64,000 bases of DNA, from assembly GCA_963666975.2 (NCBI GenBank), contig CAXVYR010000002.1:96001-160000 (forward strand), given 5' to 3'. Numbering within the stretch: position 1 is the stretch's first letter; each line of letters begins with the position of its first letter. Source of the DNA: Terriglobia bacterium (GTDB taxonomy: Bacteria > Acidobacteriota > Terriglobia > 2-12-FULL-54-10). Below the pieces are notes generated by a model. It made no database searches, had not been told where the DNA came from, and saw only the letters and a list, made by a program, of their open reading frames with translations. This document shows, piece by piece, positions 38,474-48,204 of this stretch. The position numbers and the translations under genes were made by a program.

Positions 38474-38572
38474 GCAGATTTCACAGATACCGTTCTGCGT
38501 AATCTGTGCAATCTGCGGACCCGCTTGTTGATCCCTCGGCTTCGCTCGGGACAGGCGCTCGCGGCTCGGATT
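38474..38572 (-). repeat. Composite REP/MITE-like repeat, truncated by IS3
   Basis: Its reverse complement aligns with 48861-48950. Confidence 0.75.
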
Positions 38573-38966
38573 ACTGTCCCAAACCTTCTAGGACCATGCT
38601 TAGCTTCCAAAGCACTTTTCAATGTCTTTTCCCAATTTTCATTCTTCTTGCTATAACTTATGGAGCCTGCAAGGCTGCTGTTTTGTTTAACAGTGTCTGA
38701 GATTTACCCCCCCTGACATAGCTAAGCTATTGAAAACACTTCCCCCGCCAGTGCGCGAAGCTCAGCCGGAATCTTCAGTGCAAGACCTTCCAGCGCAGAG
38801 CATGACTGAGCTATGATTGCTAAAGCATGATTTAGAAATAACTGATTGAGTAATAACTGGTTGAGCAATAACGGCTTAGCAATTTCTGAACCAACTCCCC
38901 CTGAGAACCGCTCTTTATGGAATCGGTGCGCACGGCTTGGAAAGCCAAGCGAAGAGAAGTCTTGCC

Positions 38967-39604
38967 ATGATTCAGATGCTCCCGATTGAGCTGCTCCTCG
39001 CAGTTGCCGTCGGACTGAATGCAGTTGCCCTGCTGCTGATCTGGCTGCAACGCAAGGCGGGCCGTCCTGCCAGCAGCAGGGATATGTCTGAGGCGCAGGA
39101 GGCATTGCGAACCGCTCAGGTGAGCTGCCGCCGAGGGCCTTGGGCGAGCGAATCTTCGCAACGCCGGAGCTGCCGCCGAGGGCCTTGGGCGAGCGAATCT
39201 TCGCAACGCCGGATTGGGATTTCATCTCCATCCAATCGCCGATGCGGATCCAGCGCATGTTTCTGCAAGAGCGCAAGGCAGTGGCCCTCTCCTGGCTCCG
39301 GCACACACGGGAGCAAGTCAGGCAGCTTCGCCGGTTCCACCGGGGGACGCTCCGGGAAAACCTCCGCCCGAGCGCCGCGGTGGGAGTCCGGCTGGCCATT
39401 GACGCGGCACGGTTCCGCATGGTCTGCGACACGGCGCGTCTGCTGATCTGGCTGGGCGGTCCGTTCTGGGCTCGCTGGATGGCGAGGCACGCCACCACCG
39501 TTGCCGAGCAGATGGCTTATCTGCCGGGACGTCTCCTGGTAGGACTGGACGCCAGGCGCATGAGCAGAATCAAAAACGACTGGCTCCGCCGGTCGGCGGC
39601 ATAG
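38967..39604 (+). pseudogene. Membrane-anchored hypothetical gene with an apparent frameshift near 39120 and a 45-bp tandem duplication
   Basis: The N-terminal TM helix is in one frame and the ERIF...DWDF...FLQERK.VAL.WL body in another. 39122-39166 is repeated exactly at 39167-39211. Confidence 0.55.
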
Positions 39605-39614
39605 GCTGGTTTTT

Positions 39615-40061
39615 ATGGGCAATGGCGTAAAGAACATTCAGGTTGAGGAAGCGATCCAGGACCTCAAGCAACGCACGCTGGCGGAGATGCCGGGCGAGAT
39701 CGCGCGCCTTGTCTACCTGTCCTCCACGAGGGACTACAATACCGGCCAGTATCATCACGAGGGCTTGGCTTTTCAGTTTACCGAGGAGGTTGCGCGCAAG
39801 GCTCTGGAGGCATATCACAAAGAACTGTTCCACAAGCTCCTGTTCGGCTCGCTGGAACATCTGGTTTACGAACTGCAGCTCTATGCAGGCTCCGCCCGCG
39901 TGCCGCCGTCCGAACTGTTGGAGGTCTGGAAGAAGCTGGAACCCTACCGGATCACGATTCCTCTGGACTGTGACCCGCTGGCGGCGGAGTTTTTCTTTTC
40001 CAATATCAGGATTGCCTTGTCAGTCTTGGAGACCCGTCCGGAGATGAACCCGGCGGGCTGA
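39615..40061 (+). CDS. Conserved hypothetical protein
   Basis: DLK.RTL..MPG..ARLVYLSSTRDYNTG.Y.H.GL; clean 148-aa ORF. Confidence 0.75.
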   Translation: MGNGVKNIQVEEAIQDLKQRTLAEMPGEIARLVYLSSTRDYNTGQYHHEGLAFQFTEEVARKALEAYHKELFHKLLFGSLEHLVYELQLYAGSARVPPSELLEVWKKLEPYRITIPLDCDPLAAEFFFSNIRIALSVLETRPEMNPAG

Positions 40062-40812
40062 CCAGCCGCATGGCCAAGGCGGTCACGCGGCCTATAATTT
40101 CCGCATCCGTAGGGAAATTGAACTGGCGAATGCTGCACCCCGACAGGGGATGGGGCAGCAGAGTCAGCTGATTGCCCTGCACTTCGCACCAGGAACAGGC
40201 GTAGCCGACGCGCAGCTCAACAAAATAGATGGGCCGTTCAAACTCAGTCCGGTACGGAAGCTTTTGGACCTTTTTCTGCCGACCGTCGATTTGAACAAAC
40301 GTGCCTGGCCGCAGCAGCGGGAACAGCATGTGGTCATCCATGCCGATATAGCCATACATACTATGCCGGAAATCCAGGTGCTGGAGCAGCCCGATAGGCA
40401 CCTCTCCCCAGGCTTCCACCATGCGCGACAAAAGGTTGGTTTTCCCCGGCTGGAACCCCGGATCGAAGCGGATCGGAAAACTGACGGCGCGCTCTTTGTC
40501 ATACACCTCCAGGTTCGCCAGATGCGTTTGTTGCAACGCTGTCGTCATCTGATATTTGCTGATCTTCTCCAGGTCCACCTTGTACAGCACGAGCAGATCG
40601 GTGAACTTAGCCCGATAGATGACGCTCAGGCTGAACAGTTTGTAGATGCTCGGCGTGCATTGTTTGTTCTCAATCTGAGTCAGCCAGGCATTGGAGATAT
40701 AAAACTCCTCATTGCTCTCCGCTTCGGAAATCTTCCGGCTGTGCTCCTCCACTTCCCTCGTGGTGATCGCAAGTCGGTTCCGCAGTTCTTTCAGTCGCTC
40801 GCCAGCCCTCAC
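40006..40812 (-). CDS. XRE-family HTH regulator with an S24/LexA-like C-terminal beta domain
   Basis: GERLKELRNRL..T.REV...S..WL..IEN...PSI.KL..L; C-terminal M.PLL.PG..V.ID...RPIYFVE...IIGRV. Confidence 0.8.
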   Translation of the reverse strand: MRAGERLKELRNRLAITTREVEEHSRKISEAESNEEFYISNAWLTQIENKQCTPSIYKLFSLSVIYRAKFTDLLVLYKVDLEKISKYQMTTALQQTHLANLEVYDKERAVSFPIRFDPGFQPGKTNLLSRMVEAWGEVPIGLLQHLDFRHSMYGYIGMDDHMLFPLLRPGTFVQIDGRQKKVQKLPYRTEFERPIYFVELRVGYACSWCEVQGNQLTLLPHPLSGCSIRQFNFPTDAEIIGRVTALAMRLVSPPGSSPDGSPRLTRQS

Positions 40813-41092
40813 CGGTATCCCCCCCCAACAATCGCTAAGAATCGCTAATAATCAGCGCTACATAAGAATGAACCATTTGTTTTAGCGCAGGGAATAACCG
40901 TGCCGCTCACTAAAGAAAGCAAAATTCAGTTTCTTTTCGCGCGCCGCTCCATATCAGTTACCTTCCCCCTGGAACCCAAATACCGTATTCAATGTGTCCC
41001 GTTAGCCGATCTGTTGCCCAGTGCACACGAACAGTCAGGCCGCCTGGATTTCATTGAAGACAACTGGGTTAGGCGAACCCTAGAAAATATTG

Positions 41093-41389
41093 CGTACATG
41101 CAAGGCGGAGTCGAAACGCCTGTGGCAGAGATGAACGAAAAGCATTCTCCTTCAATCTCACGTACATGCAAGGCGGAGTCGAAACGCCTGTGGCAGAGAT
41201 GAACGAAAAGCATTCTCCCAATCTCACGCCGAAAAATCCCAGGGTGCCCGAGGGAATCTGTTGATGCTACAAAAAGACGTTGAAATGCTCCTGCTCGCAA
41301 ATGCAATTGGCGCCCCAAGCAAAACCAGGGTGCCCGAGGGAATCTGTTGATGCTACAAAAAGACGTTGAAATGCTCCTGCTCGCAAATG
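41093..41389 (+). repeat. Two direct duplications of about 65-68 bp upstream of and into the hybrid kinase start
   Basis: 41093-41160 is approximately 41161-41226; 41239-41303 equals 41325-41389. Confidence 0.85.
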
Positions 41390-42921
41390 ACCTGAGCGAC
41401 CCGAATGATGCCGACTTGGTTCGTCGCGCCTTCAGCCGGGAAAATTTGGCAGGCCTCCCTTCTGACCGCGTTGAGGTGGCGCGCGATGGCGAAGACCTGC
41501 TGGACCTGCTTCTTTGCCGCGGACGGTTCGCCAACCGTCACTCTTGTGACCTGCCGCGTCTTGTGATGCTGGATTTGAAATCATCTCAGGGGGCCGGAGG
41601 AATGGAAGTCCCCCAAGAGACCGCGACTGCCGCCAGTGGCCGGCGCTTCCCGCTCCTTATTCTGAAGCCCTCGCAAGAACAACAAGCGGAAAAGAAGCCG
41701 GCAGATCATCTTCCGTCCGCGCCGATGGAAGGGGTTTTGAATGACACCGGCAAGCAGAAGAATCTTGGACAGATGCGCCAGCAGTCCCAACAGATGGAGG
41801 CCATGGGACGGCTGGCTTCCGGAATCACTCACGATTTCAACAACCTGCTGATGACCATTAAGGATTGCAGTAATCGGTTGATGGAGCAGCTCGGCGGCAA
41901 TGAGACACTGTGCCGGGATGCCGGCGAGATTCACAGAACCGCTGAGCGTGCCGCCTCGCTGACGGGCCAGCTTTTGGCTTTCAGCCGCCGGCAGGTTTTA
42001 GAACCCCGGATGGTGGAACCCAATCATGTCCTTACCGATATGAGTCAGGTGCTGCGGCGGCTGGTTGGCAAGGACATTGAACTGCTTACCGCTTACCGTC
42101 CGAAGCTGGGACAAGTGAAAGTCAACCCGGGACAGCTCGAGCAGGTCATCCTCAACCTGGCCGTCAATGCTCGCGACGCCATGCCGCAGGGAGGGAAACT
42201 CACCATCGAAACGGCGAACGTAGAACTGGACGAGACCTCCGCCCACGCCCTAGATGCCGTGCAACCTGGCCCCTATGTGATGCTTGCGGTGAGTGATACT
42301 GGTTGCGGTATGGATCCGGAAATACAAACTCGTATTTTGGAGCCATTCTTCACAACGAAGCAACAAAGCAAAGGAACCGGGCTAGGACTTGCCATCGTCA
42401 ATGAAATTGTTAAAAAGAACGGGGGGCACATCGCGGTCTACAGTAAACCGGGATGGGGCACGGCGGTCAAGGTCTTCCTGCCGCGGCACCGGGAAGCAGC
42501 AAAGGCTGCCGGGTCCCCCAGGCCAGCCCACAGTCCGAAGACTGTCCTGCTGGTGGAAGACCAAAAAGCGGTCCGGGAGATCGTAGGCACAACCCTGCAG
42601 AGGAACGGATATACGGTGCTAGAGGCGCATAACAGCGCTGAGGCTACCCACATCTGTGGACAGCATGACGGACCAATCCACTTGATGCTGACCGATGTGT
42701 TCATGCCCGATATGAACGGCGGGGATCTGGCCTCACACCTTTCAGCTTTGCGCCCGGACATGAAGGTGCTTTACATGTCGGGATACACCGGCAGCTTCAT
42801 TTTCCACCACGGCATCTTAAACCCGCATGCGGACCTTATTCAGAAACCGTTTTCTCCAAATGACTTAACGCGCAGAATAGATGAGGTACTCACAGAGGTC
42901 AGGGCGGGATCAGACGGCTAG
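41350..42921 (+). CDS. Hybrid histidine kinase (degenerate REC - HisKA - HATPase - REC), CckA-like
   Basis: GRLASGITHDFNNLL, NLAVNARDAM, DTGCGM, PFFTTK and GTGLGL; C-terminal LTDVFMP...KPF. Confidence 0.88.
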   Translation: MLQKDVEMLLLANDLSDPNDADLVRRAFSRENLAGLPSDRVEVARDGEDLLDLLLCRGRFANRHSCDLPRLVMLDLKSSQGAGGMEVPQETATAASGRRFPLLILKPSQEQQAEKKPADHLPSAPMEGVLNDTGKQKNLGQMRQQSQQMEAMGRLASGITHDFNNLLMTIKDCSNRLMEQLGGNETLCRDAGEIHRTAERAASLTGQLLAFSRRQVLEPRMVEPNHVLTDMSQVLRRLVGKDIELLTAYRPKLGQVKVNPGQLEQVILNLAVNARDAMPQGGKLTIETANVELDETSAHALDAVQPGPYVMLAVSDTGCGMDPEIQTRILEPFFTTKQQSKGTGLGLAIVNEIVKKNGGHIAVYSKPGWGTAVKVFLPRHREAAKAAGSPRPAHSPKTVLLVEDQKAVREIVGTTLQRNGYTVLEAHNSAEATHICGQHDGPIHLMLTDVFMPDMNGGDLASHLSALRPDMKVLYMSGYTGSFIFHHGILNPHADLIQKPFSPNDLTRRIDEVLTEVRAGSDG

Positions 42922-43706
42922 GCTAGGGGCAAGCGGATGTGGAAACATCTTCCCTGCTCCTTTTTGCTCTCCACCTGAATGGTGCCATTTAGTATTTCGA
43001 TGGTCCGCTTTGCCACCGATAGTCCCAGGACGTTTTTGTCAATGCCCCCGCCAGTGATTGCCGGAGGGTGGTAGAAGGGATCAAAGAGCCGTGCCAATCC
43101 CTCAGGTGAAACGCGGGAGCCCGTGTCGGAGATGTCCAGACACGCCTCCGTTCCGGAACGCTTGAGTGAAAGGCGCACAACCCCTTCCTCCGGGGTGCGG
43201 CTGATGGCGTTGCCGATCAAGTTCACGAGGGCCTGTTGCAACCGTTTTTCATTGGCAACCACGGACAGATTGTCTTCACACTGGACAACGAGGCGCGTTT
43301 TTTGGACCTCAGCAATGGGGAGCAAATCTCTCGCGAGATCGTTTACCAGCGTGCTGAGCGAAGCCGTTTCCGTCGCAGCGGCTAAAGTTTCCGCCTCGGC
43401 CAGTTCTCTCAAGAAAACATTCACCTGGATCAACCGGTCCGCCTGCTCCAGAGCCTGCTCCAGCCACGCGCGGCGATCCTCAGCGCTCCATTCCTTCTCG
43501 AGAGCCAGCTCCAGCGAACCACGCAATACCGTCAACGGCTGGGCCATCTCGTGCGAGACGGCAGACAGGAATGTGCGGCTGACTCGCTGCGGCTGTTTCA
43601 CCAGTTCGCGATCTTTACGAAGGTCCGCCGGTAGTTTCTTTGCAACCTTTCCCGCCCTGCGCCCCGCGCTGCCAGGAAGACGGCCTCGCCCGGACTTAGG
43701 GCTCAT
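42918..43706 (-). CDS. Cytoplasmic histidine kinase without a sensor domain
   Basis: SHEMAQPLT H-box, NLIGNA, DTG and LFDPF. Confidence 0.8.
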   Translation of the reverse strand: MSPKSGRGRLPGSAGRRAGKVAKKLPADLRKDRELVKQPQRVSRTFLSAVSHEMAQPLTVLRGSLELALEKEWSAEDRRAWLEQALEQADRLIQVNVFLRELAEAETLAAATETASLSTLVNDLARDLLPIAEVQKTRLVVQCEDNLSVVANEKRLQQALVNLIGNAISRTPEEGVVRLSLKRSGTEACLDISDTGSRVSPEGLARLFDPFYHPPAITGGGIDKNVLGLSVAKRTIEILNGTIQVESKKEQGRCFHIRLPLA

Positions 43707-44388
43707 GTTCCGCCTCTTTGTCTGCCCCCAGTTGGTAACCTACCCCGCGAATCGTGCGAATCAGCTTGCTGCTAAACCCTTCGTCCACCCGCTTCCTCAA
43801 ATAATTGATGTAGACGTCCACCACGTTGGTCATGGTGTCGAACGAGAGGTTCCAAACATGCTCGATAATCATCGCCCGGGTCACCCGCCGTCCGGAGTTC
43901 AGCATCAGATATTCCAGCAGCGCATATTCTTTCGGAGTCAGGTCAATACGCTGCTCCGCCCGTTTCACGGTTCGCTCCACCCGGTCCATCTCTAAATCTT
44001 CCACGCGCAGAAGCGACTCCGCGGGCCGTCCGCCCCGTCGCAGCAAGGCGCGGACCCGGGCCGAGAATTCGACAAACGAAAAGGGCTTGACCATGTAGTC
44101 ATCCGCGCCCAGGTCCAGGCCCTTTACGCGGTCTTCCACACGGCTGCGCGCCGTCAAGATCAGCACGGGGAGCGTGCCCTTTTTAGCGCGAATGCGCTTT
44201 AACACTTCCAGTCCATCGGCCCTCGGGAGATTCAAATCCAGAACCAGCAGATCGTAGTCGTACTCCTCGGCCATGAATTGGGCCTCTTCCCCGTCTTGGG
44301 CCACATCCACGGCATGGTATTCGGCTTCCAGCCCCTTGCGGAGAAAGGTGGCCAGAGAGCTATCGTCTTCCGCGGCCAAAACCCGCAT
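43696..44388 (-). CDS. OmpR-family response regulator
   Basis: LDLNLP, GADDYMVKPF, LTPKEY.LL and VDVYINYLR.K...IRG.GY. Confidence 0.93.
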   Translation of the reverse strand: MRVLAAEDDSSLATFLRKGLEAEYHAVDVAQDGEEAQFMAEEYDYDLLVLDLNLPRADGLEVLKRIRAKKGTLPVLILTARSRVEDRVKGLDLGADDYMVKPFSFVEFSARVRALLRRGGRPAESLLRVEDLEMDRVERTVKRAEQRIDLTPKEYALLEYLMLNSGRRVTRAMIIEHVWNLSFDTMTNVVDVYINYLRKRVDEGFSSKLIRTIRGVGYQLGADKEAEHEP

Positions 44389-44721
44389 GGTTTTAGCACA
44401 ACCTTCCCTTGGGCGCAGTTTCGGCTTCCAGTCTAAAATCCGCGGCCAAAACCCGCATTTGCAACAGTCTAAAATCATTTCCTTCGACCATCTCTGCCAG
44501 CCGTGGGGAATGGCGGCATAGCCAGCCTCGCACGACAGGCGCGATTTATTGCTTAACAACGAATTGCAATTGTAACAGGAGCATCCTTGCACGCCAAGGT
44601 GTTCCATTCCAGCCTATGGAACCCGCGCAAGGTCATGATTCGGATTCCGGAAAGCGGGCCGTATCGATTCGGTTGCATATGGGGCTGGGCAGGGATTGGG
44701 GCACTACTCCTGGCAGCCGAG

Positions 44722-45978
44722 TTATCGCTTGCTCTTGGCAAATTCACCGATAGAGTGCAAGGCTTGCCGCAGCGTCTCTTCGGGCGGAAGGAAAACTATG
44801 CGGAAGTGGTTGGTTCCGGGCTGCTGGCCGAATCCGCTGCCGGGGACAACAACTACGCCTGTCTCCCGGATGAGATCGGTGACAAACTCCTGGTCGGTCT
44901 CGGCGATCTCCAGGCGCGGAAAAGCATAAAACGCCGCTTGGGGACGGACACAACTGATCCCGGGAATCGAATTCAGCAACGAATCGGTAATGTCCCGCCG
45001 CCGCCGCAACTTTTCTATCATTTCGGGAATATGCCCCTGGTCTGCTTCCAGCGCCGGGCGAATGGCGAACTGTTGCGGATGATTGGCGCACAGGCGCACT
45101 CGCAGCATCTTGCCGATGGCCTCTTGATAATCGGCGACATTTTTCCCCTGTCCGCTGAGAATCCCCCACCCGATTCGAAATCCTGGAACCAAGTACGCTT
45201 TGGAGAGTCCGTTGAGGGTGACCACGGGCAGCTCCGGCGCCAGAGACGCCAGCGAAATCGCCGGAATCGGGTCCAGCACCAGCTTGCTGTAAATCTCATC
45301 GGAGAAGGCAACCAAACCATGCCGGGCAACGAGTTCCAGGATGCCCGACAGCACTTCCCGGCTGTAGACCGCGCCGGTGGGGTTGTTGGGATTGATGACC
45401 ACGATGCCCCGAGTCCTGCCGTTGATGCTGCGGGCAATCTCGTCCGGGTCCGGCTGCCAGCCGTTGCTCTCCTGCAAATAGTATGGGACACCCTCGCAAC
45501 CAAATTTGGCGAGCGCCGCCTCGTACAGCGGGTATCCCGGAGAAGGAATCAGAAGATTGTCGCCGGGATCGAGCAAGCCGGCCAGGGCAATTTCAATCGC
45601 CTCGCTGGCGCCGGAGGTGACAAACACATCCTGGATGTTTTCGATGCCCTGCCTGCTGGCGTCATCGCGGATCGCCTCGATTGCTTCTCCTAAGCCGGAC
45701 GAGGGGGCATAGCCATTCATGCCGGCAAGCATTGCCTGATAGGTGGCCTCGATGATGTGTGCCGGGGTGCTGAAGTCAAATTGCAAGGGATCGCCGATAT
45801 TGAGCGAGATAATCCTCTTGCCGTCCTCCACGGCCTGGGCGGCGGCGTGAAGAATATCCCGTATGGCGTAGCGCATCTCGGCGGAACCCCGGGAGGGCCT
45901 TACCACTCCGCCCACCCCGGCAGTCAATGTGCTGCTTCCAGGCTGACCAGCGACTTCTTTTTGAGAGTTGGCTTTCAT
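44722..45978 (-). CDS. PLP-dependent aminotransferase class I/II (AlaA-like)
   Basis: LNIGDP, INPNNPTG, SDEIY and GLSKAYLVPGFRIGW. Confidence 0.9.
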   Translation of the reverse strand: MKANSQKEVAGQPGSSTLTAGVGGVVRPSRGSAEMRYAIRDILHAAAQAVEDGKRIISLNIGDPLQFDFSTPAHIIEATYQAMLAGMNGYAPSSGLGEAIEAIRDDASRQGIENIQDVFVTSGASEAIEIALAGLLDPGDNLLIPSPGYPLYEAALAKFGCEGVPYYLQESNGWQPDPDEIARSINGRTRGIVVINPNNPTGAVYSREVLSGILELVARHGLVAFSDEIYSKLVLDPIPAISLASLAPELPVVTLNGLSKAYLVPGFRIGWGILSGQGKNVADYQEAIGKMLRVRLCANHPQQFAIRPALEADQGHIPEMIEKLRRRRDITDSLLNSIPGISCVRPQAAFYAFPRLEIAETDQEFVTDLIRETGVVVVPGSGFGQQPGTNHFRIVFLPPEETLRQALHSIGEFAKSKR

Positions 45979-46083
45979 CCAGAAACCGAGCTTTCTATTA
46001 TTTGGGGCCGCACGAAAACATTGCGGCCGTTTTGTGCGGAAAACCGGACCCGTCCTGCGCTGGCAAGCGGACGACTGTCCGCC

Positions 46084-47808
46084 TCAGGCAAGCGTGGCCG
46101 CGCGGCTCATTTTCAGCTGGCCGCTCTTGAAAACGGTATCCAAAGCCATCGCTGCGTCCGGATCAAATCTCTTGCCTACGAGGGAGAGTATGTGCTCGAT
46201 GGCTACGCCGGGGTCCATGGCGGACTGATAAGGCCGGTGAGTCGTCATGGCATCGAAGGTGTCGGCCACGGCGATAATGCGGGCTAACCTGGGAATCTCG
46301 TTCTCTTGCAATCCGTAGGGATAGCCGCGGCCATCCAGCGATTCATGATGCAGCTCGACGCCGGGAATCATCTCTGCCAACTGGCTTACGCGCCGCAGGA
46401 TGGCGGCCCCTTTTTGCGTATGTTGTTTCATGATGGCAAACTCTTCTTGCGTCAGAACTCCCGGCTTATTCAGAATCTTGTCCGCAATTCCTATTTTGCC
46501 GACATCGTGCAGGTGAGCAGAAACCCGAACCGTTTCGATTTCCTCATCCGGCAAACCCAGGTTGGCAGCGATCATCACAGAATAGCGGGCCACGCGTTCC
46601 GAGTGGCCGTGGGTATAGGGATCTTTCTCATCGACGGCGGCGGCAATCATCCGGATGGAATCGAGAAACAGTTTGTGGTTTTCTTCCGCGGCTGCTTTCA
46701 GCTTCTCCACGTAAAGCTCCAGGTCGGAGCTCATCAAGTTAAAGGTCGTAGCCAGTTCGCCAATCTCGGTTCGGCTGACCAGGTGGACGCGGGTGGAAAA
46801 ATCCCCCCGGGAAATGGCCCGGCGGGATTCGGTCAGCACTCGAATGGGATGCACGATTCGCAGGGTGAGGACATAGCCCAGCCCCAGGCAGATCAGCAAA
46901 ACGATCACGCCCCAGAAGGTGGTGTAGGAGATCATCTCCGACACATTGACGTAGGCGACCTCCTCCTTCTTTTGCGCAATCACGGCCCACTGCAAGGACT
47001 GCACGGGCGAATACGTGCCGACCATCGGCACCGGTTCATCCTCAATCATCAGGTCAAACGAACTGGTCTCCGCCGCTCTGGCACGGCCCCCCCAACTGAG
47101 AAACTGCTGGATAATAGGGGAATCGCTCATATCTCGCCCAATCGAGCTGCCTTCCGGGTTCGGCGTGAGGACCAAGCGGCCGGTATTGTTCACCACAAAC
47201 GCCTCCAGCCCCCGCTTGCTGTTGGAAACCAGCCGGTCCACCAGAAACTGCAGATCGACCACGACCGCCAGCATGCCTTGAAACCGGTTGCCCCGCAGGA
47301 TGGGCCTCGACACCACCATGCTGGGAAACTGGCTCTGCTCCTGCGTGATCATCACCGGGTCGCTCTGGTAATCGATGCCCTGCTCGGAGGCTGCAAAGGC
47401 TTTCTTCAAAACCTCTATGAGGAAGGGATCGGTGTCGGCGTCATATGTGCCTTCGGAGGGACCCCGTCCTTGAGCGTCCGTAAGGGTCACATAGATGATG
47501 TGGCTGGAAGGGCTGACAAACCGTTTCAGCTTTTCTCTCAAATCAGGACTGTTGAATCCCTCCTGGCTGTCAAAAAGGCTGGTGTGGACGTCCAGCAGCA
47601 AGTTGTCAAACTGCTGCTGGAAACTGGCGTTGTAAATGTTGATCTCTCTGGCAATCGAAACCGCGATGGTGTTCTGGAGCTCCATTTCATTGGTTTCGAG
47701 CGTTCGCCGATTGCTGGTTATCATCTGGTGGGCGTAAAAGACAAGAGGACCTACGCTGGCCAGCACCAGAACACTCAAAATTACGTATAGGATTCGAACA
47801 CGCTTCAT
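46084..47808 (-). CDS. Membrane Cache-HAMP-HD-GYP phosphodiesterase
   Basis: Two TM helices, HAMP, HDVGKI, HHE..DG.GYP and DAMTT.RPY. Confidence 0.9.
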   Translation of the reverse strand: MKRVRILYVILSVLVLASVGPLVFYAHQMITSNRRTLETNEMELQNTIAVSIAREINIYNASFQQQFDNLLLDVHTSLFDSQEGFNSPDLREKLKRFVSPSSHIIYVTLTDAQGRGPSEGTYDADTDPFLIEVLKKAFAASEQGIDYQSDPVMITQEQSQFPSMVVSRPILRGNRFQGMLAVVVDLQFLVDRLVSNSKRGLEAFVVNNTGRLVLTPNPEGSSIGRDMSDSPIIQQFLSWGGRARAAETSSFDLMIEDEPVPMVGTYSPVQSLQWAVIAQKKEEVAYVNVSEMISYTTFWGVIVLLICLGLGYVLTLRIVHPIRVLTESRRAISRGDFSTRVHLVSRTEIGELATTFNLMSSDLELYVEKLKAAAEENHKLFLDSIRMIAAAVDEKDPYTHGHSERVARYSVMIAANLGLPDEEIETVRVSAHLHDVGKIGIADKILNKPGVLTQEEFAIMKQHTQKGAAILRRVSQLAEMIPGVELHHESLDGRGYPYGLQENEIPRLARIIAVADTFDAMTTHRPYQSAMDPGVAIEHILSLVGKRFDPDAAMALDTVFKSGQLKMSRAATLA

Positions 47809-48001
47809 ATCACGTCCTCCAGAAGTATGGAGGGCACGCCGGCGGGACTCAAGCACTGTTGTAGAAAATCATCCGCCAAGCCACAAGGGAACAGATCGTT
47901 AGCTTGCAAGTTCCTCTAACGGCTCCCTCCTCAAAGGGTTCGGCGACTCTGACGCCGAAATAACCTGGCAATACAACGGCATATCCGGGTTGGCTCCCCA
48001 C

Positions 48002-48049
48002 CCAACAATCCAACAATCCAATGATCCAATAACCCAATGGTCCAATGAC
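48002..48049. repeat. Degenerate 8-bp tandem repeat x6
   Basis: CCAACAAT CCAACAAT CCAATGAT CCAATAAC CCAATGGT CCAATGAC. Confidence 0.75.
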
Positions 48050-48204
48050 CCGGCGGTCCCAACTTGCCAGCTCAAGCTCCACGGATCAGGGAACCAGGCA
48101 AGAAACCGTCCCTCTCCTATCGTAGCATGATACAATGTCGCTCTGTTACAAGACCGTTTCATAACAAAGGCCTTGTTCACTTTTTCCACACGAGGGTCGC
48201 CATA

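Noticed and set aside
41093-41389. Possible CRISPR array
   Set aside because: Only two copies of each unit, units of about 65 bp, no unique spacer series and no cas genes
46306-47790. Long antisense ORFs (also 52567-54018, 56166-57329, 61974-63416, 18961-20061, 44587-45693)
   Set aside because: Shadow frames opposite well-supported genes, as expected in GC-rich DNA
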